Assembly (NCBI GenBank): GCA_965287045.1
Contig: OZ336877.1
Coordinates: 88,474,001-88,538,000, forward strand
Reading direction: 5' to 3'
Origin: Carcharhinus amblyrhynchos
Lineage: Eukaryota
DNA length: 64,000 nt
Within the stretch, counting starts at the first letter, position 1, and the number at the start of each line of letters is the position of its first letter. Positions 25,005-37,522 of this stretch are shown here, piece by piece. The notes beneath the pieces were generated by a model. It was not told the DNA's origin and did not search any database. It saw only the letters and a program-made list of their open reading frames with translations. The translations under genes were made by a program, and so were the position numbers.

Positions 25005-25890
25005 ATTGCCCTTGTGAAAGTGGTGGTGAGCAGCCTTCTTGAGCCACTGCACTCCAAGTGGCGTAGATACACCCATAGTTGTGTTAGGTAGAGTGTTCCA
25101 CGATTTAGGAACAGCAATATATTTCCAATCAGGATGGTGAGTGACTTGAAGGCGAACTTGCAGTTGTGTTCTCATGCATCTGCTGCCCTTATCCTTCTAG
25201 ATGGTACACGCCATGGGTTTGGAAGGTGCTATATGAGGAACTTTGGTGAGTCCCTATAGTGCATCTTGTAGATGGTACACGCTTGTTGCTACTGTCCATC
25301 GGTGATGGAGGAAGTGGATATTTGTGGAAGGAGTGTCAACCAAGCTGGCTGCTTTGTCCTGGATGCTGTCAAGCTTCTTGAGTGTTACTGGAGCTGCCCT
25401 CATCCAGGCAAGGGGGAAGTATTCCATCACACTCCTGATTTGTGCCTTGTAGATTGTGGACAGGCTTTGGGGAGTTGGGAAGTGAGTTGTTCACCACAGG
25501 ATTTGTAACCTCTGACCTGCTCCTGCAACCACAGTATGTATATGGTAAGTCCAGTTAACTTTCTGGTCAGTGATTACCTCCAGAACGTTGATAGTAGGGG
25601 ATTCAATGATGGTAATGCCATTGAATGTCAAAGGGCAATGATTAGATTGTCTCTTGTTGGAGATAATAATTGCTTGGCACTTGTTTAGTGTGAGTGTTCC
25701 TTGCCATTTGTCAGCCCAAGCCTGGATATTGTCCAGGTCTTTCTGTATTTGAACATGGACTGCTTTAGTACCTGAGGATTCACAAATGGTGCTGAACATT
25801 GTGAAATCATCAGCGTACATCCCCTCTTCTGACCTTATGACGGTAGAAAGGTCATTGACAAAGCAGCTGAAAGTGGCTGAGGCAAGAACA
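25005..25890 (-). mobile_element. older CR1-like LINE fragment
   Basis: minus ORF CFVNDLS..MYADDFTMF..QKDLDNIQAWADKWQ..NKCQ. Confidence 0.85.
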
Positions 25891-26202
25891 CTAGTATACT
25901 TCTTTGAACCCAAAACATATGAATGAAAACTGAAGCACAATAAATTAATATTGTATTTTATAGTATTCAATCCAAATGGCAGCATTTTGCAGGCGCCATC
26001 CCAGTGACTTTATGAAACTGAAGTAAACATTACATTTGGCTGTACACTTATCCTTTTACACTGCAGTACTGTTCATAGCAGTTATCTGAGTGGGAACCAT
26101 ACTCTCTGCAAGAGCAGATCAATGTTAGAAAATTAAAGATAATTAAAGTCAGTTGAGGTGAGGTGGTAGGTAATTGCTCATCTGATGCAAAGTAGATACC
26201 AT

Positions 26203-26325
26203 GGGCAGGATTTTACAACCTCGCTCGAGCGAGACCAGAATACCAGCCTGAGTTCAACAGATGCATCTGTTGTTCATCCCTCGCCCGCTCCGATTCTGTG
26301 ACGCATGGGGCAGTAGAATTTCGGC
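26203..26325. mobile_element. short MITE-like remnant
   Basis: imperfect TIRs ggcaggattttac / gtagaatttcggc around a CpG-rich core. Confidence 0.4.
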
Positions 26326-26426
26326 ATATGTCTGTCTTGGCCTGTTTTTCATAGTTGTTTGTTTGTCACTATGACTGTGACTTCAACCCTGGAATTCACG
26401 ATTTCTTTTTATTGAAATATGCACAG

Positions 26427-26500
26427 AAAATGGTCCCCCAAGAGGAAAATGAACACATAATAAAGTTTTTTGAAGCAAAATTTGACTTGAATACTACAAG
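26427..26500 (+). CDS. DPY19L4: DPY19L4 coding exon E
   Basis: cacag|AAA...AG|gtatgt; 74 nt, phase 0/2; KMVPQEENEHIIKFFEAKFDLNTT(R). Confidence 0.92.
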
Positions 26501-28365
26501 GTATGTTTGAGCTTTTTTACTTTTTAAAGTTTCTTTTGGAACAATATATGGGTGCTGCAGAATAGATTCAGTAAGTTTCAAATTGAGCTTTAACTGTTTG
26601 AGTACTAATGCTAATCTATCTTGTTGCATTTCAAAGTAAGAAAGAGAATACTTAAATTAGTTGCTGTTAGTCAGTGCTCTGGTAGAGATGCTACAGTTGG
26701 CTTCACTGTTCTGTTCAAGGGATAAAATTGGTTAGGACTCTGTCTGGCATCACTGCTGTGAACATTTGGATGTCCATGTTGTACAAAGATGCACCGTTGC
26801 TTGGCCACAATGCCCCTACAGTTGAGTAGCCTGCTAATGTTCATTGCCATAGTTGACAATGGTAATGAGTCAGCTTTGTAGGACCTGGAAAAAACACCTA
26901 TTAAAATAATACCAGAAAAAAAGGATTATAGAGGACAGCAAACGGCCTTTTTGATTAGAACATCTAGCCAGTTCCAAAACAGCAACTTAACACATACACG
27001 AAGTAAAAATAGGCAGAGCAAAGAATCTATATTGTTAATGGTGTGTGGTTGACCATCCCAAAATAGATCGTGCTCTTGGTATAATGGTTATGCCTTCTGT
27101 AACAGGACTACATAAAGCCAGAATGCATAACCCATCTTCGGAAATCCCCAAAAAGAAATCAAATGTTTTTAAAGGATGTTCTTACAAAAAAAAATCAATG
27201 GGGTCAGTTAAAAGGCCAACTCAAATGGGTAATTTTTATGGCTTAACATCACCTGCCAAAAAATGGCATCTATTACTTTACATTATTTTGCAGCTCCCAA
27301 CCAGTGAACTGAAGATCTATCAGCCCCCAGAAGAATCTAAAATAAATGTACTGCACACTGCAAGATCTTTCTGTTTTTTAAGCTTTAAAAAGAGAAAATC
27401 TCAGGTGCTCCTCCTACTCCATCACCACTTGTCCCTGTCCCAGTCAGTGACTACCCCTCCCTGTTTTGCGAAACTCTGCAACTGAACCCTATATCCTCCC
27501 TGTGCTCTTCACTACAGAAAATTCTCACTTCATCCTTTCCTCGCCTTCCACCTACCAATGAGATAAAATCAGGGAATGCTGCTGTTTAGAAAGGAATAAA
27601 CATCGGCAAGCACCCTAACCCCAATGCCTGAGACAATATTTTTAATTATACGTTCACTACTGGTTCTTAATGAACCTCCACCACCCCCACCCTCACCCAC
27701 TGCGCATGTGTTTTCACAACACATCTCCCAACACAAATACAGATACCAGACCCCGTATTGCAATGGGGCGTGTATCACATACAGGGATTTTCTGGGTTTT
27801 GAATCCAGGGCTGTGGATGGTGGTAGAGAGAATGGGATAACTTAAAGCCGGGTGGGTTTCCCCACTGAGCTGCACCCATGCACCCAGCTGGGATGGGAAA
27901 AGGAAGGAATGTGAGTCAGGCCAGCTTCCACCGTTAGAGTCCAGGGGATCAGCGCGTTGCATCCCAGATATGATGGCAAGTAATGCCTGATGGGTAGGAT
28001 AGTTTCCACGGCACGGCATAGTTTTCTGGTCCTTCCAGATTTTCAGAAGCTGGATAAGTGGTCCTGGACCTGGATACCAACGAGGGTCCTTCCCATTCCC
28101 CACTACCGAAATTAAATAAAACAGTGCCTATTTTACTGTATTGAGGCGAATGTTGATGCATTTCCTTATTTTGCATTGCTTGTTATCTTTAGTCTTGTTT
28201 TTGTAGTTCAGTAACACCTGAAGTGACTTGGAGGGTGGATTATCTGTAATCTGAGAAAAGATCTCATAAAACTAAATTTATTCAGTATAATGTTGTCTTG
28301 TTTGATTTTTGATAATTTGTTTTTACAATTTCCCTGGATTATCTACAAAATAAAGTCAATAAGGC

Positions 28366-28675
28366 ACAAAATCTCACTAACTGTCCTGTCTGGAGACAAT
28401 ACACATCTCTTTAACCTGTGCTTAACCCTCTCTCCACTCACATTGCCTGTACCTTTAAGATTTGATTACCTGTAAAGACTTGCATTCCAACCATTATCTT
28501 GTAATTGTGTTTGTATCTATATATGCCCTCTTTGTGAACACAACTCCTCACTCACTTGAAGAAGGAGTGACACTCTGAAAGCTTGTGCTACCAAATAAAC
28601 CTGTTGGACTTTAACCTGGTGTTGTGAGACTTCTTACTGTGCTTGCGCCAGTCCAGTGCTGGCATCTCCACATCA
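28366..28675 (+). mobile_element. solo Penelope-like 3' end (second subfamily) with degenerate hammerhead and full tail
   Basis: ctgtctggagacaatacacatctctttaacctgtg...; cac-TTGAAGA-a-ggagt-gac-actct-GAAA-gctt-gtg (28553-28587); aataaa; tail ...ctccacatca. Confidence 0.85.
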
Positions 28676-30056
28676 CTGCAGCAGTTTGATACTGGGAGCC
28701 ATGTTAAATGCCTCTGAGCTAAAATTTTGCCCCAATCCCTGGATGAAGCTCCACCTGAGACAGCTGAGAGCCTGTCAGATAACCAGACTTGGGTGAGGGT
28801 GGGAATGGTCCCTCTGGATCAAGAGAGCACATATAGGTGATCTTTCCCCCCTTGTCCAGCTGGAGCCGGCAAGCTTCCTGTCTGGAATGGGCCTCACTTT
28901 CTCTCCACCCTCCCTAGATTTTAAGGCAGATCAGAGGTGGATTTTATGTAGCTGCAGTCACCTTCAAACTCACGTGCAGAGGAGAGTGAAATCCAGCCCA
29001 TGGTTTTCACCCAGGAGCTCGCAGGTAACAGCAGGTGTGTTACTTTGAGTCCTGCCTGAGGCACGCCTGCAAACTAATCCCGTCATAATCACTGGGAAAA
29101 CTTATAGGGTACTGTTAGATTTACACAGATATCATTCGAAATGCAAACTCAATAGAACAGAGAGAATAAAATCTGTGCACTTTCACTCTGTTATGGATCA
29201 TATGATGCTTCACATTCTATTCAGGAATAAAAGCGCAGATGTATTTGATGAGAACTTTAAGAAACATCTGCAGTACCTAGAAGATACAAAAGAGCAAAAT
29301 AAGACTTTCATACTAAATAGCATTCTTTAATGTAGAAAAATGTCCCAAGATGCTTAACAAAGGTGTAATCTTTTGAAGGGCAATGGCTAACAATGTAATA
29401 GATTTTAGGAAGCCTAGAAGTTGTGAACATGGGAAGTAATACGAATATTGACATTTGAAATGCCATTGGGCACCTAATGAAATCTTCTGTGCTGAAGACT
29501 TCTGCAATGAGCTTCATACAGGGATTGGGCATATTTGACACATGAACAGAACAGAAATGGTCCCCCAAAATACCTGTTCCATTTCTTGAAGCAGAAACAG
29601 TTATTGAAATAAGTGTTACTTTTGGAGGTTAACAGTGCTAAAGTATTACAGATATTTGGAGTTGGTGTATGTGTATTCCCTTATATAATAATGAGACCTA
29701 CTGTCCCCTTTTAGCAGAACTCTGGCCTCTTGTGTAACTTGACATACATGTTGTGCAGTGACTATATTAATTGTATTGTACAATTGTATTGTGATGAGTG
29801 TTTTGGATAGAAATCTAGACTTGTACATTTTTTTTATTGTAGTGTTAGTTTGTTTCTTTAATGAATTTTAAAATTGATTTTTTGTTTAAATTCTATTTTT
29901 GTTGGACTACATGAATAGTGCAGTATAGTATTAAACCCTTTCTGAAGTTGAGAATTTTAGATCACTAAAATGAGAAGGTATGATCGGGAGTATGGTTTAC
30001 TGCTGTTGTGTTCCTTACTGTTCTAGTAATTTGCATTTATTTCTTTTTTAACTTAG

Positions 30057-30215
30057 AGACTTCAACACAAATTTGCTGCTCTGTCAGGAAACCTTCCAAA
30101 CTCCATCACAAGAATTCTTTATCCGACTGACTCAGACCTGTCTGCTCCCATTCTGTATGTCTGTGTTGGTTATCTGCCTTTTCTCAACCTTGGAAGTAGC
30201 TTCCAGGAAGTTTCG
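30057..30215 (+). CDS. DPY19L4: DPY19L4 coding exon F
   Basis: cttag|A...CG|gtaagg; 159 nt, phase 2/2; DFNTNLLLCQETFQTPSQEFFIRLTQTCLLPFCMSVLVICLFSTLEVASRKF(R). Confidence 0.93.
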
Positions 30216-30497
30216 GTAAGGTGGGAATTAAGGGTTGTTGTCAAAGCATATTACTGTGTGCATCCAAAAGATTTAGTCTGAATTCTAAAGAAATACTCTA
30301 CAATTCATTTGAGATGGCATAGTGGTTAGCTCTGCTGCCTCACAGCACCAGGGACCTGGGTTCAGTTCCTGGCTTGGCGTCACTGTCTGTGTGGAGTTTG
30401 TACATTCTCTGTGTCTGTGTGCGTTTCCTCCGGGTTCTCCAGTTTCCTCCCACAGTCCAAAGATGTGCTGGTTAGGTGCACTGGCCATTCTGAATTA

Positions 30498-31482
30498 TGA
30501 TGTGGATATGCCGGCGTTGGACTGGGGTAAACACAGTAAAAAGTCTGACAACACCAGGTTTAAGTCCAACCGATTTATTTGATAGTAAACTCACTAGCTT
30601 TCGAGGGGTTTCCCTCTCCTTCAGGTGAGTGGAGAGTTCTGGCCTCAGACAGAGCATATAAAGCACATACAGTTTACAGATTACTGATTAGAATGCGAAT
30701 CTTTACACCTAACCTGCTGTTCAAGCCCTAAAGTGGCCGACAATGTGAGTGGAAGACTGTTCCCTTCCTGTTGGCGAACACTTCAGTGGTCACAGGCATT
30801 CAGCCTCTGACCTTCGGGTAAGCATTCTCCAAGGCGGCCTTCACGACGCACGACAGCGCAGAGTCGCTGAGCAGAGACTGATAGCCAAGTTCCGCACACA
30901 TGAGGACTCAACAGGGATCTTGGGTTCATGTCGCACTATCTGTAACCCCCATGACTTCCCTGGGTTTGCAAAGCCTCACTTACTGTACTGTCTGGAGACA
31001 ATACAGTGAGTTTCCTCTGGGTGCTCCGGTTTCCTCCCACACCCCAAAGATGTGCTCTTAGGCTGATTGGTGTACCAAATCGACACTATTCTCCCCTGAA
31101 TCTGGCAACATTAGGGATTCCATTCACATACACACAGGGCATGGTAGGTGTAGGAAGATGGGGCGGCGTGGGCTCGTTGGGCCGAAGGGCCTGTTTCCCA
31201 TGCTGGGTTGTTCTTTGTTCTTTGTTCTAATACACACATCTCTTTAACCTGTGATCGGTGCTCCTTCCACTCACACTGTCGGCCACTTTAGGACTTGAAC
31301 AGCAGGTTAGGTGTAAAGATTCGCATTCTAATCAGTAATCTGTAAGCTGTCTGTGCTTTATATGCTCTGTCTGAGGCCAGAACTCTCCATTCACCTGAAG
31401 AAGAGGGAAACCCCTCAAAAGCTAGTGAGTTTACTATCAAATAAATCGGTTGGACTTAAACCTGGTGTTGTCAGACTTTTTA
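30498..31482. mobile_element. fold-back Penelope-like element insertion no.3 (asymmetric arms)
   Basis: short minus arm with full tail 30498-30755 joined through aag microhomology to a longer plus arm (DCSLPVGEHF...AKFRTHED) ending cagacttttta; 13-bp TSD ccat(t/g)ctgaatta at 30485-30497 / 31483-31495. Confidence 0.92.
31006..31228 (+). mobile_element. 5'-truncated SINE with (GTTCTTT)n tail nested in Penelope arm
   Basis: SINE core tttcctctgggtgctccggtttcctcccac; TSD aataca (31000-31005 / 31229-31234). Confidence 0.85.
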
Positions 31483-31892
31483 CCATGCTGAATTACCCCG
31501 TGGTGTCAAGTAAATGTGTAGGTTATGGGGATGGGGCCTGGGTGGGATTGTGGTCAGTACAACCGAATGGCCTCCTGCTGCACTGTAGGATTCTATGAAT
31601 ATATAATAGTGCACTTGCATTAAGTTTTATATGTATGAAATCCTTTTAGAAAATATTTCATGCAACTGCAGGATTAATTTATTGACTAGAATAAGCAGTG
31701 AATGGGAAAGAGTGACTAATACTGGAAACATTTAACTGGATGCTAAGACAATGTGCCTCATCATTTGTTTGATGCATGCTATGCCCATTAATTTGAGAGA
31801 TGCTGGTGTTGAACAGACGAACTTTAGTATTTTGGACATTTTGTTTTAGTGGTAAGTATTCCTAAATATTGTTTTGTTTCTGGAAATGTTGT

Positions 31893-32296
31893 AGAACATT
31901 GAACACTACAGCACAAACAGGCCCTTCGGCCCACAAGTTGCGCCAATCATATCTGTACCTACTGGGCCTATCTATAACTCTCAATCCCATTAAATCCTAT
32001 GTACTCATCCAGAAGTCTCTTAAAAGACCCCAGCGAGTTCGCTTCTACCACCACCGATGGCAGCTGATTCCACTCACTCACCACCCTCTGAGTGAAAAAC
32101 TTACCCCTAACATCTCCTCTGTACCTGCTCCCCAGCACCTTAAACCTGTGTCCTCTCGTAGTGACCGCTTCAGCCCTGGGAAATAGCCTCCGAGAATACA
32201 CCCTATCTATACCTCTCAACATTTTATAAACTCTTATCAGGTCGCCTCTCAATCTTCGTCTCTCCAGGGAGAAGAGACCTAGCTCCCTCAACCTTC
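31893..32296 (-). mobile_element. CR1 3' end
   Basis: RLRELGLFSLERRRLRGDLIRVYKML..FFTQRVVSEWNQLP. Confidence 0.92.
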
Positions 32297-33137
32297 CTGC
32301 AAGATATTCTAACAAATAATGCCCAAGGCAGTTACACAGCCTTAGTCTGGTGTATTTCTTTAATGGAAAAGTAAAGGTCCAGTAATGTCTTGTTTCACTG
32401 ACTAGTTGCAGGATGAAACTCTGCCATCATCCATTGACACGTAGAAATTGTGACAGAGCTCAACAACTTTGGGAGCTTTGCATTTGCGAGAACTACATGT
32501 TGTACGAGTGTTTCATTTCACTTCAGATGGTTGTAGCTATACTTTCAATGATGAATTGAAGCATTCAATCAATTGGCAACATAGCAAACCAGTCAGTTGG
32601 GGCAGGGCTTAACGATGTTAGCAACTTGCCGTTACTAACATCACCAGCTCTGAATGGCTTGTTAGAGCACTGTATTCATCTTTGAATTAAATTTTAGATT
32701 TAATCTACAATTGTAACCTTTTGTAAGAATAGAGCATTTATTCTGCATGAAGATAACTTAGTATTTGAGAGGCTTCTGATGCTGTGAAATTCTACCATGC
32801 GATATCTGTTTCAGCTTGAGGCAATAAGTTCTAGTGAAGCCAATCTATTATTAATCAAATTGAAATAAGATGAAATCATTGCAGTACAAATACTTCACAG
32901 TATCTATACTCTTTACGTTCATCAAGAATACCATAACCTGCTGATGACCAAAATTGGTAGCTTCGAGCTTCTGTAAATCATATAAATTGTGCTGTGTTTA
33001 TACCCAGTCTGATTAACTAGATGACTAAATAGTAAATTTTTTTAAAAAACTCAAGCTTTTCTAATACAACTAAGTGTGAGAATATTTCTGCACACTCATC
33101 ATATGTTATAATTCATTCTCTGGGTGTAGACATCACA

Positions 33138-33451
33138 CGGTGTCTCAGTGGTTAGCACTGCTGCCTCACAGCACCAGGGACCCGATTTAATTCCGGCCTT
33201 GGGTCACTGTCTATGTGGAGTTTGCATGTTCTCCCCATGTCTGCATGGGTTTCCTCTGGGTGCTCCAGTTTCCTCCCACAGTCCAAAGATGTGTGGGTTA
33301 GGTGGATTGGCCATGCTAAATTGCCCCTTAGAATTGGGGGATTTGAAGGGTAAAATACATGGGGTTGCAGGGATAGGGCCTGAGTGGGATTGTCGTCGGT
33401 GCAGGCTCGATGGGCCAAATGGCCTCTTTCTGCACTGTAGGGATTCAATGA
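33138..33451 (+). mobile_element. HE1-like SINE (CR1-type tail)
   Basis: tRNA head, core, ctgcactgtagggattc tail. Confidence 0.9.
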
Positions 33452-33679
33452 TAACCACAATCTGATTGACAGTCTGTGGTTTTCGAAAAGAATAAGTATC
33501 ACTGACAGGACCGCATGTAATGCGCATCTCAAATTGCATTGACAAAGTAGGTGAGAGCTGTCTTGAACCATTGTTCCACAATGCAAAAGGGAAAAAAGAA
33601 CTTTCACAGCCACCAGACATCTCAAAAACACTTTCAACAAGTGTCATAATGTAGGAAATGCCACATTTTATTTATGCTT

Positions 33680-35212
33680 TCACAGGATATGGCAGTCGCT
33701 GGCTAGGCTTGTATTTGTTGTCTATGCTTAATTGCCCTTGAAAAGGTAGTGGTGAGCTGCTGCCTTCAATCTCTGCAATCCAGGTGGTTTAGGTACATGC
33801 ATAGCGATGTTTAAAAGGGAGTTTCAGGATTTTGATCCAGCAGCAGTGAAGGAACAGCAAAATGGGTACAAGTCCAGCTGAAGTGTGACCTGGAGCACAA
33901 CTTGCAGGTGGTAGCATTCCCATGCACCTGCTGTCGTTGTTTTTCCAGATAATAAAGATCATGAGTTTTGAAGTTTCTGTCGAAGAAACCTTGCTGAGTT
34001 GTTGCAGTGCATGTAGTAAGAAGCACACACTGCTGCTACTGAACTTCAGCAATGAAGAGATTAAACATCTCATTGATGGATGGGCTGCAAATAAAGCAGA
34101 CTGTTGACAAACACGTTTTGAGTGTCGTTGGACCACACTCACCGAGGTGATTGGAGAGTGGGAATATCGCAGTATCTTCGTTGCAGTGTTAATGTAAACC
34201 TTACTTGTGACTAATAATAATAAATAGATAAACATTCCTGACTTGTACCTCGTAGGCAGGCTTTGGGAGTCAGGAGGTGAGTAACTTGTTGCAAAATTCC
34301 CAACCTCCAATCTATTCTTGTAGTCACAGTATTTTTATAGTTATTAAGTTAAGTTTCTGGTCAGTAGTAACCCTTGAGATGTTGATAGTGGGGTGCCCGT
34401 GATGGTAATGCCATTGAATGTCATTAGGGAGATAGTTAGACGCTCTCTTTATTGGAGATGATCATTGCTTGACACTTGTGGCAACACAAATTTTACTTGC
34501 CACCTATCAGCCAAAGCCTGAATGTTGTTTGGGTCTTGCTGCATATGGGCATGAACAGTTCAGCTTTTGAGGAGTTGCAAATGGTATTTAATACTGTGCA
34601 ATCGTCAATGAACATATCCACTTTTGACCTTTTAATGGAGGGAAGGTTATTGATGAAGATGATTGGACCTAGGACATTACTACACTGAGGAACTCCACCA
34701 GTGATGTCCTGAGAATAAGATAATTGGACTCCAACAATCCAACACCTTCCTATGTGCTAAGTTTGGCTCCACCCACTGGAGAGTTTTCCCCCAATTTTGC
34801 TTAGTTTCCTTGATGCCACACTTGGTCGAATGCTGCCTTGAAACCAAGGGCAATCACTTCCACCTCACTTCTTGAGTTCAGCTCTATTGTCCATGTTTGG
34901 ACTAAAATCATAATGAGGTCAGTGGCCTTGGTGAAACCCAAACTGAGCATTGGCATGCAGGTTATTACTAAATACTGCTTGATAGCACTGTCGACAAGAC
35001 TCCGTCACTTTGCTGATGATCAGGAGTAGTCTGGTGACTCGGTAATTCGACGCATTAGATTTGTCCTACTTTATGTAGAGAGGATGTACGTGGGTAATTT
35101 TCCACTTGGTCAGGTAGATGGCAGTGTTGTAGTTGTACTGGAGTAGCTTGGCTAGAAGTACAGCTGGCATCAGTACTAATGCCTGGATGGTTTGCTGTAT
35201 CCAGTGCCTTCA
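33680..35212 (-). mobile_element. older CR1-like LINE fragment
   Basis: colinear with 25005-25890 (gatggtaatgccattgaatgtca etc.); heavily mutated; contains a small SINE-tail piece at about 34175-34228. Confidence 0.75.
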
Positions 35213-35229
35213 GTAATTGCACACAATGA

Positions 35230-35506
35230 ACTCCATCAACCAGAAATGTGATGATTTTTTGTTTTGGGATGTTGGTAGGGGGATAACTAGTGGCCAAGAC
35301 ACCAGGGATAGCTCCTATGCTCTTCATCAAAACAGCACCATGGGACCTTTTGTGTCCAGTTAAGGGGTTCAATTTAGTATCGCATGTGAAAGACAGCACC
35401 TCCAGCAGTGCAGCTGTCCCTTGGTGCTGCACTGGAATGTCGAGTAATTGTTGTGCTCCTCCTGTAGTAAAACTTAAACTTCTGAGAGTGCTGCCACATG
35501 AGCCAC
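35230..35506 (-). mobile_element. old DeuSINE/SacSINE-like element
   Basis: minus strand reads gtggctca..ggcagcactc (tRNA-like head) and ctgcactgctggaggtgctgtcttt...aggtcccatggtgc...ccctggtgtcttggcca, resembling the Deu domain. Confidence 0.6.
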
Positions 35507-35778
35507 AACCATCGCAGTGCTGTTCTTGTTATTCTTTCTGGTCCGTTTAATTTAACTAAATGATTTCCGTGGCCACCTCAGAGGGCATATAAGAGTCAAC
35601 CATATTGGTGTTGGAATGGAGTCAGTTCTAGGTCCTGTTAGTTAAGGATGACAGGTTTTCTTTCCCTCGAGGACAGGAATAAACTAGTTGGGTTTTTAAG
35701 ATAATCCATTAGCTCCATGGGAGTGAATTTGTGGGTCAGGAATGGAGGTAAAAATATCTTGGGCTGGCTTGTATGCAT

Positions 35779-35782
<4 letters not shown>

Positions 35783-35859
<77 letters not shown>
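35783..35859 (+). repeat. (GT)n microsatellite, about 38 units
   Basis: uninterrupted GT run. Confidence 0.99.
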
Positions 35860-35860
<1 letters not shown>

Positions 35861-36292
35861 CCTCTAATATGACAAAAAGCTTATCTCTATCACAATTAAT
35901 CAAAATTTCAGTGAGTACCTGTAGGGTATTGTTAGATATTGAATGATGTCAAAAGATGAGTGGAATTTAACGTTGTATTCTAATTTGTTTAAATTTATTT
36001 TTAAACTTCAAGAATATATAGCCAGATCCTATATTGTAGCCTGTGTCTACAATGTGAAAGTTGCATTTGTGTTTCTCTCCTGTGGTATAGACATTGCACT
36101 TTCAGGAAAGCAGGTGAAGAATTCTCTACTACATCTAAAATAAGTCAACGAGGGCCTTATTATCCAATGTTACAAATTTGTTTCATTGTATCTATCCTCA
36201 ATGCCCTAAAATGATTTTTCATTCCTTTTTATTGAAGTTGTGTAGATTTCACTGCGGTAATTTGTCTTCTGAGTCTGTTTGTTTTGCTTTAG

Positions 36293-36412
36293 TGATGTGC
36301 CTCAAAAAAGTGATGGCTCGCTGGAGAATATGGTGATTGGTGAGAGGCCAGAGGTGGTTTACCACATGTTCCACATAGTGCTGTTTGGTTCATTGGCACT
36401 GATGTTCCAAGG
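36293..36412 (+). CDS. DPY19L4: DPY19L4 coding exon G
   Basis: tttag|T...GG|gtaagt; 120 nt; DVPQKSDGSLENMVIGERPEVVYHMFHIVLFGSLALMFQ(G). Confidence 0.93.
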
Positions 36413-36435
36413 GTAAGTGTGTCAATTGGATTGCA

Positions 36436-37522
36436 GGTGGTGTCTTGATATAGATAGAAAGCTGGTTAGCAGATAGGAAGCAAAGAGTTGGCCAAAACGG
36501 GTCTTTTTCTGATTGGCAGTCAGTGACTAGAGGGGTTCCACAGGAATCTGTGCTAGGACCCCAACTGTTGATGTTACATATTAATGATTTAGAAAAGGGA
36601 ACTGAATGTATTATCTTCAGATTTACAGATGATACAAAGTTGGGTGGGAGGGTGAGCTGTGAGGAGGATGCAGAGATGATTCAGCGTGATTAGGACAGGC
36701 TGAGTGTATGCATAGCAGATGCAGTATAATGTGGATAAACGTGAGGTTATACACTTTGGTAGCAAAAATAGGAAAATATTCTTACTTGAATGGGTGTAAA
36801 TTGAGAGGGGTGGATACTCAGCAAGACCTCGGTGTCCTCGTGCATCAGTCGCTGAAAGTGAGCGCACAGTTACAGCAGGTAGTAAAGATAGCAAATGGAA
36901 TGTTGGCCTTCATAGTGAGAGGATTTGAGAATAGGGATAGGGATGTTTTCCTGCAAATCTACAGGCCACACCTGGAGTATTGTGTGCAGTTTTGGTGTTC
37001 TCAACAGAGGAAGGATGTCCTTGCTGTACAGAGGGAGTACAGCAAGGGTTTACCAGGTTGATTCCGAGGATGGCAGGTCTGTCATACGAGGAGAGACTAA
37101 GTCCGTAAGGATTGTATTCACTGGAGTTTAGAAGAGTGAGAGGGGATCTCATAGAAACTTATAAAATTCTAACAAGATTTGACAGAGTAGATTCAGAAAG
37201 AATATTCCCAATGGTAGGGGAGTTCAGAACTTGGGTTCATAGTTTGAGCATAAGGGGTAAATCTTTTAAAACTGAGGTGGGGAGAAATTTCTTCATCCAG
37301 AGGATAGTGAATGTGTGGAATTCACTATCACAGAATATAATTGAGGCCAAAACGTTGTCTGATTTCAAGAAGAAATTAGATATAGCAGTAGGAGCTAAAG
37401 GGATCAAGGGATATGGGGGAGAAGGGGGGATCGGGATACTGAATTCGATGATCAGCCAGGATTAAAATGAATGGCAGAGCAGGCTTAGAGGGCCGAAAGG
37501 CCTACTCCTGCTTCTAGTTTCC
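36436..37522 (+). mobile_element. CR1 LINE 3' 1.1 kb
   Basis: GVPQESVLGP..FTDDTK..DLGVLVHQSLKV..FFIQRIVNVWNSL, 3'UTR cctactcctgcttctagttt; begins about 24 nt after exon G donor. Confidence 0.92.

Larger units (their letters stand above)
30315..31598 (+). mobile_element. HE1-like SINE split by Penelope insertion no.3
   Basis: head/core 30315-30497 resumes at 31483 and ends with ggattctatga. Confidence 0.88.

Noticed and set aside
29225-29329. Alternative terminal exon in phase with exon E (NKSADVFDENFKKHLQYLEDTKEQNKTFILNSIL*)
   Set aside because: No recognisable homology; a short open frame after an AG is expected by chance
35783-35859. (GT)n tract as a regulatory element
   Set aside because: Ordinary microsatellite with no supporting evidence
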